Assembly: GCA_009914755.4 (NCBI GenBank)
Contig: CP068257.2
Span: 18,048,001 to 18,112,000, forward strand
Direction of reading: 5' to 3'
DNA from: the human T2T-CHM13v2.0 reference genome, Homo sapiens
DNA: 64,000 nt
Part shown: piece by piece, positions 13,941 through 26,959 of the stretch
How the letters are laid out: every line of letters begins with the position of its first letter
How positions within the stretch are numbered: position 1 is the first letter of the stretch
Notes under the pieces: generated by a model
Databases searched by the model: none
What the model saw: the letters and a program-made list of their open reading frames with translations, nothing else
Told to the model about the DNA's origin: nothing
Program-made: the position numbers and the translations under genes

Positions 13941-15067
13941 TAGGATTAAGTCCAATTTTTCCTCCAGTACATAGAAACTTTAGTAACAGGGTGGCCATAT
14001 CAATAATTTCTCCAAAATCCAGGCTTTTATCTCACATATATTGTTCCCATACTCTTCCAATCTAATCCCAGTGTTGGCCCACTTTCTGCAGGACATATTT
14101 CCAGATTCTGTTTTCTCTTTGGCAAATAAACTATTTCTTATTGGTAGATGGACCACACTGATCCACATAAACTCTCCAATAGGTGACCCTGACTAATGAC
14201 CAGAAGGCAATGAGGGGTGGTAGAGACAGATCTTGAAGAGAATAAACATCATTTTGTGAGGCATTCACTTCTGGTGAGAGGTTATTGCATATGTTTAACT
14301 ATGAGAGCATTTTTTACGTCTAATACTAGGAAGGAGGAGCTGTTTGTTTTGTTCAGATTGTTCAGGGGAATATAGAAGTTCAACATTATCAGGCTGTACC
14401 ATCTATCACCTTGCCAGGTCTCAAGTTCAAAATATTTACCTATCAGAGCCTTAGTATAATATAGAAGCCTTGTCAAGGCTGCCCATTAATTTTAATTGTA
14501 AACTTTGCTACTTTTACAATAAGATCTCTGGCTGACATTTTAATAGAAGCTGCCCTCAACCTGTAAGAGAAGAGAGTCTACATAAAAGCTGTCACCATAG
14601 CTCTTTGCTTTCACAGTTTTACAACACACCTTCAATTTCCAGTTGGCTTCCCGTAGCCTATAATTTTCTTTCTGCAGGGCCTTCCAATGTAATTAACAGA
14701 AGCCAGTCTAGTCTTCAGTCTTTATCATTATCATTGCTCTCATACAATTCAAGTGCCATAGTCCACATATATCCAACACTTCTCCATCCACTTCTACCTT
14801 GCTCCTGTTAATCAAAGGTGAAATCCTTAGCACTTGTGATGTGAATACATGGCATGTTTTATCACCAGTTTATTTCTGGCATCCGCTGTTTTATCGTAGG
14901 CTTTTCAAATCGAACTTGAGGCAAATGCTCATAGGCTACTTTACCAGAAAGTACAATCCAAAAGAAACCAGAGAGGGGAAATACATGAGTGAGGCAGAGA
15001 ATGCTAGACAAAAAATAAAACCATGTGTTACCAGAGTGTATGCCACTATTTTGTCTCAAGTCAGACC

Positions 15068-15086
15068 TTTTTTTTTTTTTTTTTTT
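15068..15086. repeat. Poly(T) homopolymer of about 19 bp
   Basis: Seen directly. Confidence 0.9.
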
Positions 15087-16044
15087 GGTGAGAGAATTAT
15101 GTGTTTCTTTGCCTATAAACAATCCAGAACTGGAGTGGAAGGAGAATAATTTATCCACTGGTTTCTACCTCTCATTGGTTAAAACTTTGCTTTATGTCTC
15201 CAGTGTGTGCCAGGGTGAAGGTGATATGCATATCCCATATATTTGTCTGTCTTAAAGTTAACAGGACTAAGCCGAGGGGGAGGTGTGGGACACATGATAT
15301 GAACATGAGATAAATTGATATTGAGCTGTGCTTTCTGCTTAAACCACAGCTTGATTGAGCCACAAGAGATTGTTGCTGTGGTTGATTGGTGTAATACAAG
15401 TTGGCAAGAGCTCTTGACATGTAAATCTCAAATTTATGAAATGGTGTAATGAACAAACCAACAACAACAAAAAATAGTTATCTTTCCCCACACTGTGATA
15501 CCCCCTTGATTCTTACCTCCCAAGGGCAAAAACTTTAAACTCTGTTTAGATTTTTCTTATGGTATCTAGTAAAACATTTTAAAGAACATACTTACTGGTA
15601 TGTAGGCAAACATTTTAAAATAACATGTTGCTACTCTTCTTCCTTTTTTTCCTCTTAAAATATTAGGTATTAACTATTGACTGTCTTATTCTTAAACTGA
15701 GTATTAGCTCTGTTGACCTACAATGCTATGACATCCAACATTCACACATACACATAAAAAATGCACTCGTGCTCGAAAACACATAGACACCAAAGCACGC
15801 AAACACACATAAGTCTATGTTCTACTCATTCTATAAATAGGATTTTATTACACATTTTGTTTTTGAATCAGTATTATGACCATCTAAATGCTACTCACAG
15901 CTGGCCCACATTCTGGTAAGTATCTTATTGCTGTTACATTGAGGCAGGTTTAATTCACTTACTTGCATAGTTTCCTCTAAAGCTGTTACTCATTTCACAT
16001 CAGACATTAAAACAAACAAAAACCAAAAACAAAATCAAATACTC

Positions 16045-16091
16045 AGACACACACACACACACACACACAACATGCACACACACACACACAG
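16045..16091. repeat. (CA)n microsatellite with one interruption
   Basis: acacacacacacacacacacaacatgcacacacacacacaca seen directly. It abuts a truncated MaLR LTR. Confidence 0.9.
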
Positions 16092-16149
16092 AGCTATAAA
16101 ATTTCCCTCAATTTCATTTAAAATAAAAACAACCTCCACTATAATCCAT

Positions 16150-16459
16150 CATCCTTACTCTACACTCAAGTGCCTGACAGTTACACATGGCTGGGGAGGC
16201 CTTAGGAAACTTACAATCATGACAGAAGGCACCTCTTCACAGGGCAGTGGGAGAGAGAATGAGTGCAAGCAGGGGAAATGCCAGACCCTTATAAAACCAT
16301 CGGATCTCATGAGACTCACTCATTATCATAAGAACAGCATGGAGAAACCACCCTCATGATTCAGTTACATTCACCTGGTCCTCCGCTTGACATGAGGGGA
16401 TTACAGGGATTACAATTCAAGGTGAGATTTGGGTGCTGACACAGAGCTAAACCATATCA
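16150..16459 (-). mobile_element. Truncated MaLR LTR (THE1-type), minus orientation
   Basis: Ends ...gggattacaattcaaggtgagatttgggtgctgacacagagctaaaccatatca, the reverse complement of tgatatggtttagctctgtgtcagcacccaaatctcaccttgaattgtaatccc. The ggctggggaggccttaggaaacttacaatcatg motif is shared with the 12178-12554 copy. Confidence 0.7.
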
Positions 16460-16461
16460 TT

Positions 16462-16870
16462 CAGCAAACCTCATGTTGAAATTTGATCCCTAATCTTGGC
16501 GATGCGGCCTAATGAAGGTGTTTGGGTTATGGGGACAGCCCCTCATGAATGGCTTAGTGCCATCCTCATGGTAATCAGTGAGTTCTTTCTCCATTAGTTC
16601 CTGCGAAAGCTGATCAATACAAAGAGCCTGGCATCTCCCCTATCTCTCTTGCTTCCTATCTCAACATGTGATCTTTGCAAATGCTGGCTCTCCTTCCCCA
16701 TCTACCATGAGTGGAAGCAACTTGAAGCCCTCACCAGAAGCAGATGCTGGCACCATGCTTACTATACAGCCTGCATAACTGTGAACCAAATAGACAACTT
16801 TAAAAAAAAATAAATCATCCAGCTTCAGGTGTTTCTTCATAGCACGAAAATAGACTAAAACCAGTCACAT
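16462..16870 (+). mobile_element. MaLR LTR (MST/MLT-type), plus orientation, head-to-head with the previous LTR
   Basis: cctcatgttgaaatttgatccctaatcttggcgatgcggcctaatgaaggtgtttgggttatgggg...ccctcatgaatggcttagtgccatcctc...ccctcaccagaagcagatgctggcaccatgcttactatacagcctgcataactgtgaaccaaatagac...catccagcttcaggtgtttcttcatagcacgaaaatagactaaaacc. This matches a remembered MaLR LTR consensus. Confidence 0.7.
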
Positions 16871-17817
16871 TCTTGGGCCCTGTAGTTTCTGTTCGTTTGT
16901 TTTACCTCACAGTTTATGGTGGAGTATATCTTCTTAGAAATGATGATTATCATAAACTTCTCGGTACCTTGCTTATCTGAAAATATATTCATATTCCTCC
17001 TATATGTGACTATTTTGCAAGTAGCATTCTGCCTACTCATTTAGCACATTTCTATTTTCCTTCTTTTTTTAAGTAAGTCTTCTTTGTCTCATATTTGATC
17101 AGGTCTTCCATCTATTTTTTATGTATATATAGGTTTTATTCCCTACCATATTTAGAGTAGGAATTTAAGAAGGAGTGTACATTAATATGTGCATCAATCA
17201 ATGTTTAATCTTAAGTTTATATCTTTAGACCTTTTAATTTTCAATAAATTCTGAAGAAGGAAAAGCTGCTCAGAGAAATATATGAACTTGTTAATGTCAT
17301 CAATTAAGGTACTATTTTGTTTTCCAATAGGAAGTTCACTTTTTTATATCTGATTTCTCAAAATACCCTATATAAAGTACATGCCAGAAAATGAGATCCA
17401 AGATCAGCAAAATGTAAAATCACCACAATTCATTGGGTTTTTATTATCAGTTGAATCAGCAATTTCTGAATCATACAAATATGCACCAAAATCATTTGAT
17501 AATTTCTTCAATAGTTATATCAGAATGCAAGTCTACATCCAGCCATCAAACACCATCTAGATATTAATATTTTTAGAAGTTGCAAGCTTAAATTGAACCC
17601 CTTAAATTTTCATTTTCTCTCAAAGTCTCCTCTAAATTTAGTATATTCGATTAGGCAAACTATGCTTGACTTTCTTGATTAAAAAACAGTAACTATAGGA
17701 CTTATTGCAGAGTCAGAAAACATAAAATGATAAAACACAATATTTAAAATGTATTATTATGACATTATTTTTTGACTATGGGTTAAAATATTAGCTACTA
17801 ATTCTGCTATGAAAATA

Positions 17818-18388
17818 CAGTAGCCTTTCCTTATCTAAGGGAAATACATTCAAAGACCCCCAGTAGACTGCTGAAACCATGGCTAGTACCCTATGTATAC
17901 CATATGCACATTACCTTTTACTTCTTTACTATTTCATGGATAGCAGGTTTGCTCTAACCATAAATCTTAGCAAGCTCAGCATATAATATCACCCCCTCCT
18001 TATTAAATTGAGAACTTTCACCTTTTCACTTAAAGGACGCGCTTCATGGCTTTTCTCTGGCATATCCAAATTGCCAGTATTGCTACTCTCTCACTTTGGG
18101 CCAGGGCTGTGGCCATTATTAAGTAAAACAAGGGTTATTTGAACTGTGATACTGCAACAGTTGATGGAATAATAGAGTCATTTACTAAGTGACTAACAGG
18201 CAGGGAGCATCTACAGTGTGGAGACACTAAACAGGGACAGAACTAGATGGCATGGGATATTATCTTCCTACCCAGGAAGACACTATTTAAAATTTGGAAG
18301 TTGTTCATTTCTAGAATTTTCTATTTAATATTTTCAGAGCTTGGTTGAAACTTCAGGAAGCAAAACCATAGATAAAGGTGAACCACTG
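17818..18388. mobile_element. Non-autonomous TcMar-Tigger/pogo-type DNA transposon (about 570 bp, MITE-like) with a TA target-site duplication
   Basis: The left terminus is TA|cagtagcctttccttatctaaggg. The right terminus is ...ccatagataaaggtgaaccactg|TA, an imperfect reverse complement of the left end. The element is flanked by TA on both sides, as expected for Tigger/pogo insertions. Confidence 0.45.
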
Positions 18389-19006
18389 TAGACATAAAGG
18401 TTGATACAGTTGATGGGAATTTTCTTTGAGTATCATAAGGTCAAGATTGATTTGCTGCTTTTTAAAATATGCAGTGGCTATTATTAAATTCAATTTATGA
18501 GTAACATCAACTCTCTGAAAATGCATTATTTTGTAAGAATGTATTTGCTAATTTTTGAAAACTAAGACTGTGATAGCATTCCAGAAATTAATAATTATGC
18601 ATACATATATACCAGGCTAGATATTGTCAAATAATTTAACCTTTTAAATTTTAAAAATATGATTTTCCTGAACATTTAATAAGCTACCAAGAAAAAAAAG
18701 TATTTAAAATAGAATTAATTCAAAATATTTTCCAGGAGAATAGTATCTCGATAATATCAGGGTTGGAAAGACCATACTATATTTAGTTGCACAATAGAGG
18801 ATTAGAAACATCTTTCTCTGTGTGCTCACAATTAAGAAAATACAGTCTTCTTAAAGGATTTGCTAATTTGGTTCAGCTTAATTTCATTCATAACTCTTTA
18901 GAAACAATATATTGATGTGACAGTGAGAGATTTATAAAAAGTATTTTTTTCTTCCTTAAACTTAGTTTTAGAAAGCCAAATTATAAAATACTATATTCTA
19001 AAAAAG

Positions 19007-19355
19007 TGATATGATTTGGCTGTGTCCCCACCAAAATCTCATCTTGAATTGTAACTCCCACAATTGCCATGTGTTGTAGGAGGAACCTGGTGGGAGGTCA
19101 TTGAATCGCAGGGGCTGGTCTTTCCCCTGCTGTCCTTGTGATAGGGAATAAGTCTCATGAGATCTGAGGGTTTTAAAAACAGGAGTTTCCCTGCACAAGA
19201 TCTCTTCTTTTGTCTGCCACCATGTGAGATGTGCCTTTCACCTTCCGCCATGTTTATGAGGCCTCAACAGCCATGTGGAATTGTAAGTCCATTAAACTCT
19301 TTTTCTTACCAGTCTCAGGTATGTCACTATGAGCAGTGTGAAAATGGACTAATAT
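19007..19355 (+). repeat. 5' LTR of the THE1 element
   Basis: See the parent element. The TATA-like motif has decayed (gagggttttaaaaacaggagtttccctgcacaag). Confidence 0.85.
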
Positions 19356-20931
19356 AATAAATTAGAGCAGTAGAGTGGATTCTGCTGAAAAAATACCCCA
19401 AAATGTGGAAGCAACTTTGAAACTTGGTAATAAGCAGGGGTTGGAACAGTTTGGAGGGCTCAGAAGAAGACAGAAAAATATGGGAAAGTTTGGAACTCCC
19501 TAGAGACTTGTTCAATGGCTTTGTCCAAAATGCTAATAATGATATGGACAATAAAGCCCAGGCTGAGGTGGTCTCAGGTGAAGATGAGGAACTTGTTTGG
19601 AACTGGAGCAAAGGTGACTCTTGTTATGTTTTAGCAAAGAGACTGGTGGCATTTTGCCCCTTCCCTAAAGATTTGTGAGACTTTGAACTTGAGAGAGGTG
19701 CTTAAGGGTATCTGGTGGAAGAAATTTTTACGCAGCAAAGCATACAAGAGGTGACTTGGGTACCATTAAAGGCATTCAGTTTTAAAAGGGAAACAGAGCA
19801 TAAAAGTTTGGAAACTTTGCAGCCTGAAAATGTGATAGAAAAGAAAATTCCATTTTCTGAGGAGAAATTCAAGCCAGCTGCAGATATTTGCACAAGTAAC
19901 AAGAATCTGAATGTTAGTCTCCAAGACAATGGGGAAAATGTCATCAGGGCATATCAGAGGTCTTCATGGCAGCCCTCTCATCACAGAACTGGAGGCCTAG
20001 GAAGAACACATGGTTTCCTGGGCCAAGTCCCTGGTCCCTGTGCTGTGTGCAGCCTAGGGATTTAGTGCCCTGCATCCCAGCTGCTCCAGCCATGGCTGAA
20101 AGGGGACAACATAGAGCTCAGGCTGTGGATTCAGAGTATGCAAGCCCCAAGCCTTGACAGATTCCATGTGGTGTTGAGCCTGCCAGTGCAAAAAAGTCAA
20201 GAACTGGGGCTTGGGAACCTCCTCCTAGATTTCAGAGGATGTATGGAAATGCTTGGATGTCAAGGCTTAAGTTTGCTGCAGGGGCGAAGCTCTCATGGAG
20301 AATCTCTGCTAGGGCAGTGTGAAAGGGAAATGTGGGGTCAGAACCCCCACACAGAGTTCCTACTTGGTACCTCCTAATGGAGCTGTGAGAAGAGGGCCAC
20401 TGTCATTCAGACCCCAAAGTGGTAGATTCACCATCAGCTTGCACCATTTGCCTAGAAAAGCCACAGACACTCAATGCCAGCCTGTGAAAGCAACTGGTAG
20501 GGAGGCTGTACCCTGCAATGCCACAGGGGCAGAGCTGCCCAAGACCATGGGAACCCACCTTTTGCCTCAGCATGACTTGGATGTGAGACATGGAGTCAAC
20601 AGACATCATTTTGGAGCTTGAAGATTTGACCACCTTGCTGGATTTCAGACTTGCATGGGGCCTGTAGCCCCTTTGTTTTGGCCAATTTCTCCCATTTGGG
20701 ACAGCTGTATTTAACAAATGCCTGTGCCCCTATTGTATCTAGAAAGTAACTAACTTGCTTTTGATTTTACTGGCTCATAAGCAGAAAGGACTTGCTTTGT
20801 CTCAGATGAGACTTTGGACTGTGGACTTTTGGGTTAATGCTGAAATGAGTTAAGACTTTGGGTGACTATTGGGAAAGCATGATTGCTATTGAAACTTGAG
20901 GACATGAGATTTGGGAGGGACTGGGGTGGAA

Positions 20932-21283
20932 TGATATGGTTTGGCTGTGTCCCCACCCAAATCTCATCTTGAATTATAACTTCCACAATTCCCTCATGTC
21001 ATGGGAGAAACCTGGTGGGAGGCAAGTCAATCATGGGGGCAAGTTTTTCCATGCTGTTCTCATGATAGTGAATAAGTCTCACAAGATCTGATGGTTTTAA
21101 AAATGGGAGTTCCCCTGAACAAGACCTCTTCTCTTGTCTGCCACCATGTGAAATGTGCCTTTCACCTTCCACCATGATTGTGAGGCCTCCCCAGCCATGT
21201 GAAACTGTAAGTCCATTAAACCTCTTTTTCTTCCCAGTCTCAGGTCTGTCTTTATCAGCAGCGTGGAAATGGACTAATACATA
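20932..21283 (+). repeat. 3' LTR of the THE1 element
   Basis: See the parent element. By eye it is about 85-90% identical to the 5' LTR and shares the same non-consensus variants. Confidence 0.85.
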
Positions 21284-24200
21284 AAGTCAAGTTGAATTTT
21301 TTGGCCTGTGCATTTTGCAATATATTTTAAGAACAGTATCAATTTCTGGCTTCAAATTGTTGTGTATATGGATTATTAGAAGTATTACATATGAAAAAGA
21401 TTTAAATATTCCATTGTTAAGACCATAATTATAAACATGAGACATTTTTGTGTGACAAGCTCCTTTTAGAGAAGACGTAAAAGCATAATAAAAGGCTTCT
21501 TGTCTAATACAGAGCAAATATTTTCAGTAATGGAAAGAAGGAGACATAATATCTTTAACTTATCTTAATATTACCTTTTTATTCCCTGTAGGAAAATGAA
21601 ATAGCCAGTTCTACTTTTCAATGTAATTGTTCTAAATGAATTCAATAAAAATAGCTGAAATATGTTGATGTCTTTGAGAATCAAAATTTTTTGTTTTCAA
21701 GTGGGTGACTGAATAATTTATTTCAATATATTCGGTAATAGCTGAAATTTTTAATTTATTTCCTTCACATTTTCGACTAACTTTATCCTAATCCCGAAAA
21801 TTTTCCTTTAGTGATAAAATGCACTCCAAGTTAAACATGTTCAACATTGATTCAAGTTTATAGACCATTTTATTGAGGCTTCAATAGTGTGAATACTCAC
21901 ACACACACAAATACTCTAATGATTTATTACATTACAGTGATGCTGAGAACAACAATAATGGATCTAGAAGTCTATGGCCTTTTCAAGAATATATGAAATC
22001 CTTTTGGATGAATGATTAACACAAAGTAAGTACAAAGACAGATGGTGTATGATCTTTGACATTATAACATGTTAGTATTTCAGACTGGTTTATTATAGAA
22101 AAAGGTCAGTCAATATTAGAGACAGCTTGTAAGAGAAAATGTAGTTTGAAAGACTCTGAGGAAATAAAAGTTGAGAATGTGGTAGGACCTCTTTGAGTAT
22201 TAACCATATTATGATAGCAGATGATAATCAAATGTATTGAAAAGTCCTTAAAGTTTATAAAAGAATAAAGATATTGTTCCTTTGATGAAACTACTAGAGT
22301 ATTTTAAGGTATTTTCACTTCCAATTGATTTAATACATAAGCTTATATAATTTTTAAAATAATATTTTATGTCTGCCTTTTCTTGTCTAACTTCACTTTC
22401 TCTTTTGATAATTACATTATTTCTTTGCTTTACACAATGTGCGGTGTTGACTCCCAAACATATGATTTTCAGCTCTACAATCTCTCCACATACCTACCAA
22501 ATCACATGTACAAATTTCTTTGATATTTCGACTTGAAAATATAAAACATCTTAATATTAACATGGACATAAAACTCAATGATTAATTCCTGTTCTCCATG
22601 CAATCTGTGCCTCTCAGATTTTCCTAATTCAAGGAAAAAAATCAAGGACATATTCCTGATTCTCTCCTTTTCTTAAATTTCTAGCTCATCATTCATTATG
22701 TTTTTCAATATCTATCTTTAAAATATATATCAAATTTCCACATATATTCCATCTAAACTACAATCATTCACACTGTTTGCCTGCTAGATTACTCTAATGC
22801 ACATTTAATGCCCTCTCTGCTTCTAATCCTGGCATTTCCAGTTCATTTTTTACATGACCAGATATTGTGAACTTTTAAAGCAAATAGTGTATGAGATTTC
22901 ATTTGTTTCAACGGTTTCTCAAAGCAGTAAGATTAAAACCCCAACACTTTAATTGTATTACAAAACCTACATAATATGGTCCCACCTATATCTTCCTGAA
23001 CTGCCTACTTGCCTGTGTTGTCACTATTTTTTTCAGTATTTTTTCAATGGCATTGGCTTTTGTAAATGCTCTAGATAGTTCCTGGCCTAGGGCCTTTGTA
23101 ATAGATTGCTCTCTTGAAATATGCTTTTCCTGATCTTCATTGAGCTGACATCTTGCCTTTTTATGTCTGAGTCTTTGTGTCCTCATCAGAAGGTTCTTTC
23201 TGTAACCAACATCTATTGTGAAATTATTACATCATTCTGTCTGACTGATCAGCAGAACAATATTCACTTTCTGATATATGTATTTTAATTTAATTTGTTG
23301 ATTTTTAAATTAATTTCTGGCTCCAGATGAGAAAACAAATCACTAGAATATACAAAAGTGAAATAACAAACAGTAAAAAGAAAATATGAGACTGGGAAAT
23401 TATGCCATGAAAAAAGAGAAAACTTGGAGTTATACTACATTGAAGACCCAAAAGATTAGTGCCGAAGCCAATACTTTAGATATTTGTATCCAGATATAAA
23501 TTAACTTGGATGTTTGAAAGTGAATTTCTAATCTTTCTCCACCGCATCTAATCTGTTCCACTTTTCCATCTCAATTGACGGCTAATACATCCTGTTAGTT
23601 TTCCCGTCAAGTTCCCTTTGAGTTACCTTTGACATCTCCCTTTCTTTCGCAATCTGTATCTCTTCTGCCTGCATGATTTTTTACTTTTAGGATGTACCCA
23701 GAATTTTATCACTTATCACCACATCCATTGCTCTACCTTGGATTAAATTTTCATCCTATTTTATTACCTGAAATAGCATTCAGGGTTTCAAATTCATTCA
23801 TTTCTAAGTCATATTATGTTTTCCTTTTGCTCAAAAATCATTCATAGATTTCTTATCTCACTCAAAGAAGAATGAATGGCTATAAAAATGGATGACAGGG
23901 ATGATCAGGAAACAGCTTCCAACTCAAATCTGGTGTCATCTTCCACTGGGTCTCTGATCCTGATCACATGGGCCTCCCCAATCTTTTAAATCAAACCAAG
24001 CCTGCCCAAACCTTCAGGACGTGTTAATTCCTAGGCTGTCTATCTTAAATGTTCTCTCCTCTAGTATTTACCTGACTTACTTATCAACTTCAAGTCTTTT
24101 GTCAAATGTAACCTGTGAAAGAGGCATAACCACCATATTTAAAATTATTCTCTTTCCCTACTCATTGGCTCTCCACTTTGATAGTGCTTTTCACCATCTA

Positions 24201-26959
24201 ATGTACTACACTTGTTATTCAATTTGTTTACATTCTCTCACTCTATCAAAAGAATATAAATTGTAAAAAGGTAGAAATACTTGTCTGTTTTGTTCAACTC
24301 TTTATGCCCAGTGCTTAGAAGAGAGGACAGCAACTACTAGACGTTAAATAAAAGGCTATACAGTTACATTCATAACTGAACAATTAATGAATTAATCTAA
24401 CACACAATGTGAAAATTTTAAAAGAGAACAAACTTAAACTTTATAAAAAGATGTTAAAAAATATACATCAATAACATTCAATCCCCTTTTGTGGATAAGA
24501 ATAATCAACACTATAAACATCAATCTTATCAAATAAGTTTATAGAATTAATGTCATTTAAATCAAAATGGCAATAGCATTTTTTTAACTTGGTAAACTTA
24601 TTAACATTACGTAAAATAGCAAAAAAAAAAGCAAAGATAGTCAAGATACACTCAAAGAAGGATACACTGGTGGCATTTGCTCTATCACATAGCAATTGTA
24701 ATTATACATAAACGGTGTGGTAGGCAGCATCTAAGATGGAATTCAATGATTGCCACTTCCTAGTTTTCACATCGTGGTATTCATGCCTTATGTACCCCTT
24801 TTGTAAGTGTTTCGAGGGTTTATTAACTCGTGTGTCATAAACAGCACAGGGAAGATACAAACGTGATGTCACTTTAGAGAACAGGTAATTAAAAGACTGG
24901 TTTTGTTTGGGCATGCACCCCCTCATCTCCCTTAGATTTCTCTCTCTCTCTGGGAATCCAGCTGCATTAGGCAGCCCTGGGGAAAGGCTCAAGTGGTAAA
25001 GGACCAACTTAGGACCTGGATCCTCCCCGAAGTTGAACAGTCAAATCACACTGCAGTCCCAGTCAATGCTTGCAATACATCCTCATGACAGACCTTGAGC
25101 CAGAGGCACACAATGAAGTCATGCTTGGATTGCTGACCAAAGATTGTTGAGATAATAAGGTTTTGTTGTTATCAGAGTTTAAGATCGAGGATAATTTGTC
25201 ATGCAGCACTAGATGACTAAATTTCATAGTAGTCAGGAAAGTCATATGATAAGGTCATCTATACATGTTAAAAGGAAGAAAACATCCAGAAAGATATCTA
25301 TGCATCGAAAGAATTTTGATGCATAGATATAGAATTTAAAATAGATGTGGAATTACAGATTTTAAAAAGAAAGTAATTCTGCTGATTGCTGACTTGTGTC
25401 TAATTGAATTTAAAATATGTGATATTTGTCTTTTAAAAATGCATAAGTGAATGGAAAAATAATAACCAATCAAGAGTGCCACTTATTTCCTTGGTACTTA
25501 TGCATTGAAGGCTTATTCCCAGCTTGTGAAAGGTCGAATCATTATGGCAAAATTCTCATTGTTACTGGAATATCAAATGATTTAGCATATTGGTACTGAC
25601 AGAAGAATTTCATTGAATTATCAGATGCACTCAACCAAAATTTAAATACAACAAAACCAATTGCATGTCTGTTGCTTCATCGTTTAAGCTCATTTGTCTT
25701 AAGTACATGGGAAAAATCAAGGAAAAAGTCAGAAAATAATTTTACTCATTCACCAGAATACTGCCATTATTTTTGTGGATTAAAAACTTTATAAATTACC
25801 TGATGTTAATGGCAACAGTAGTCTTACTAGCCTACCATAACAAATAGAGCATGAATACCTATTTATTACCTACTATCTTTATAAGTGTACATATGTTTTT
25901 ACCTGGTTAATCATTGACATTCACTGGAGGATGCAGTGGTCATTGGCACCAAGGATCACATATTTTACACAGAAACTTGAGCAACAGAGGTCAAGTACCT
26001 TATCAAAAATCACACAATAATTTCATGTGTAAAAGAACAAAAACCTGTTCCATTTCTCATGAAGAAGGCAAATTGCTTTGTTATTATATACAAATTCTTT
26101 AAAAATTAAATGTTACATATAACCAATCACTGTTTTTGGTCACTAATTTTTGTGTTAATGTCAATAAACTATGAACTTAGAATAAATTTCTAAATTTCTA
26201 TTTTCTTTCTATACTTGTCTATTCTCTTAGGCTTCATGTTTCTGTAACATAGGATATAAGCATCAAAATAATATCCAACAGTGTAAAGTTTCTCCATTTT
26301 AAGTCACTGAATTTATGGGCTATAAAAATAAGAGATTAAACTATAGCTTTGTCAGAGCATAAAGAAAAGTCTCAAAGTATCTGACCTCGTCAACTTAATA
26401 TGAGTTAGTATCCATAAAGAATGATGAAAAGCTATTAATTGAAAAATATGAATATATAATAAAAAATTTAATAGCAGTTTAAGGTTCTCATCATCTGTTG
26501 ATAATGTATAATTTTAGGAATTATTCTGGCAAATTGTCAGGCTTAATTTTATGATAGAGATATTGATTTACATGTAATTATCTTAGCAATATATTTTGCA
26601 ATTAAATATAGAGTGGATTTAGCTTCTTTGACAACTTCCAGGAAACTTGGTAGCATGAGACTATACATATATAATATTTGTCATATACAAGTATGTATAT
26701 ATATTCTCGACCTTGCCTTCTTCAGAAAATGATTGATGGAAATTCTAGGAATTAATGTTCTTATAACAGGTTATTTAAAAGAAATTCCTTTAATTTCACC
26801 TATGATGCAAACCGCAAGACAATAAAATATCAGCTATTCTTATATGAAAGTGAGGTAAGTTCATTCTTCAGGATAAGCAAAGAACTTTCCGGTAAATGAG
26901 TCTGTGACTCTTCTAACATCACTCACATTCAGGATACAAAATGATCAGGACTGGGAGGT

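Larger units (their letters stand above)
19007..21283 (+). mobile_element. Complete THE1-type ERVL-MaLR element: 5' LTR, internal region and 3' LTR (about 2.28 kb)
   Basis: Both LTRs start tgatatg(a/g)tttggctgtgtcccca. Both end ...gtgaggcctc...cagccatgtg.a.ctgtaagtccattaaac.tctttttctt.ccagtctcaggt.tgtc..tat.agcag.gtg.aaatggactaata. The internal region matches the remembered THE1-int (aaaatgtggaag.aactttgaaact.ggtaa.aagcag.ggttggaacagtttggagggctcagaagaagacag.aaaatatgggaaagtttggaact.cctagagacttgtt.aatggctttg.ccaaaatgct.ata.tgatatggacaataaag.ccaggctgaggtggtctcag). Confidence 0.88.

Noticed and set aside
19715-20717. ORFs of 80-116 aa inside the THE1 internal region (19715-20065 +, 20319-20621 +, 20403-20717 -)
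   Set aside because: MaLR internal regions retain no gag/pol coding capacity. These are chance ORFs in a relatively GC-richer repeat. No recognisable protein motifs.
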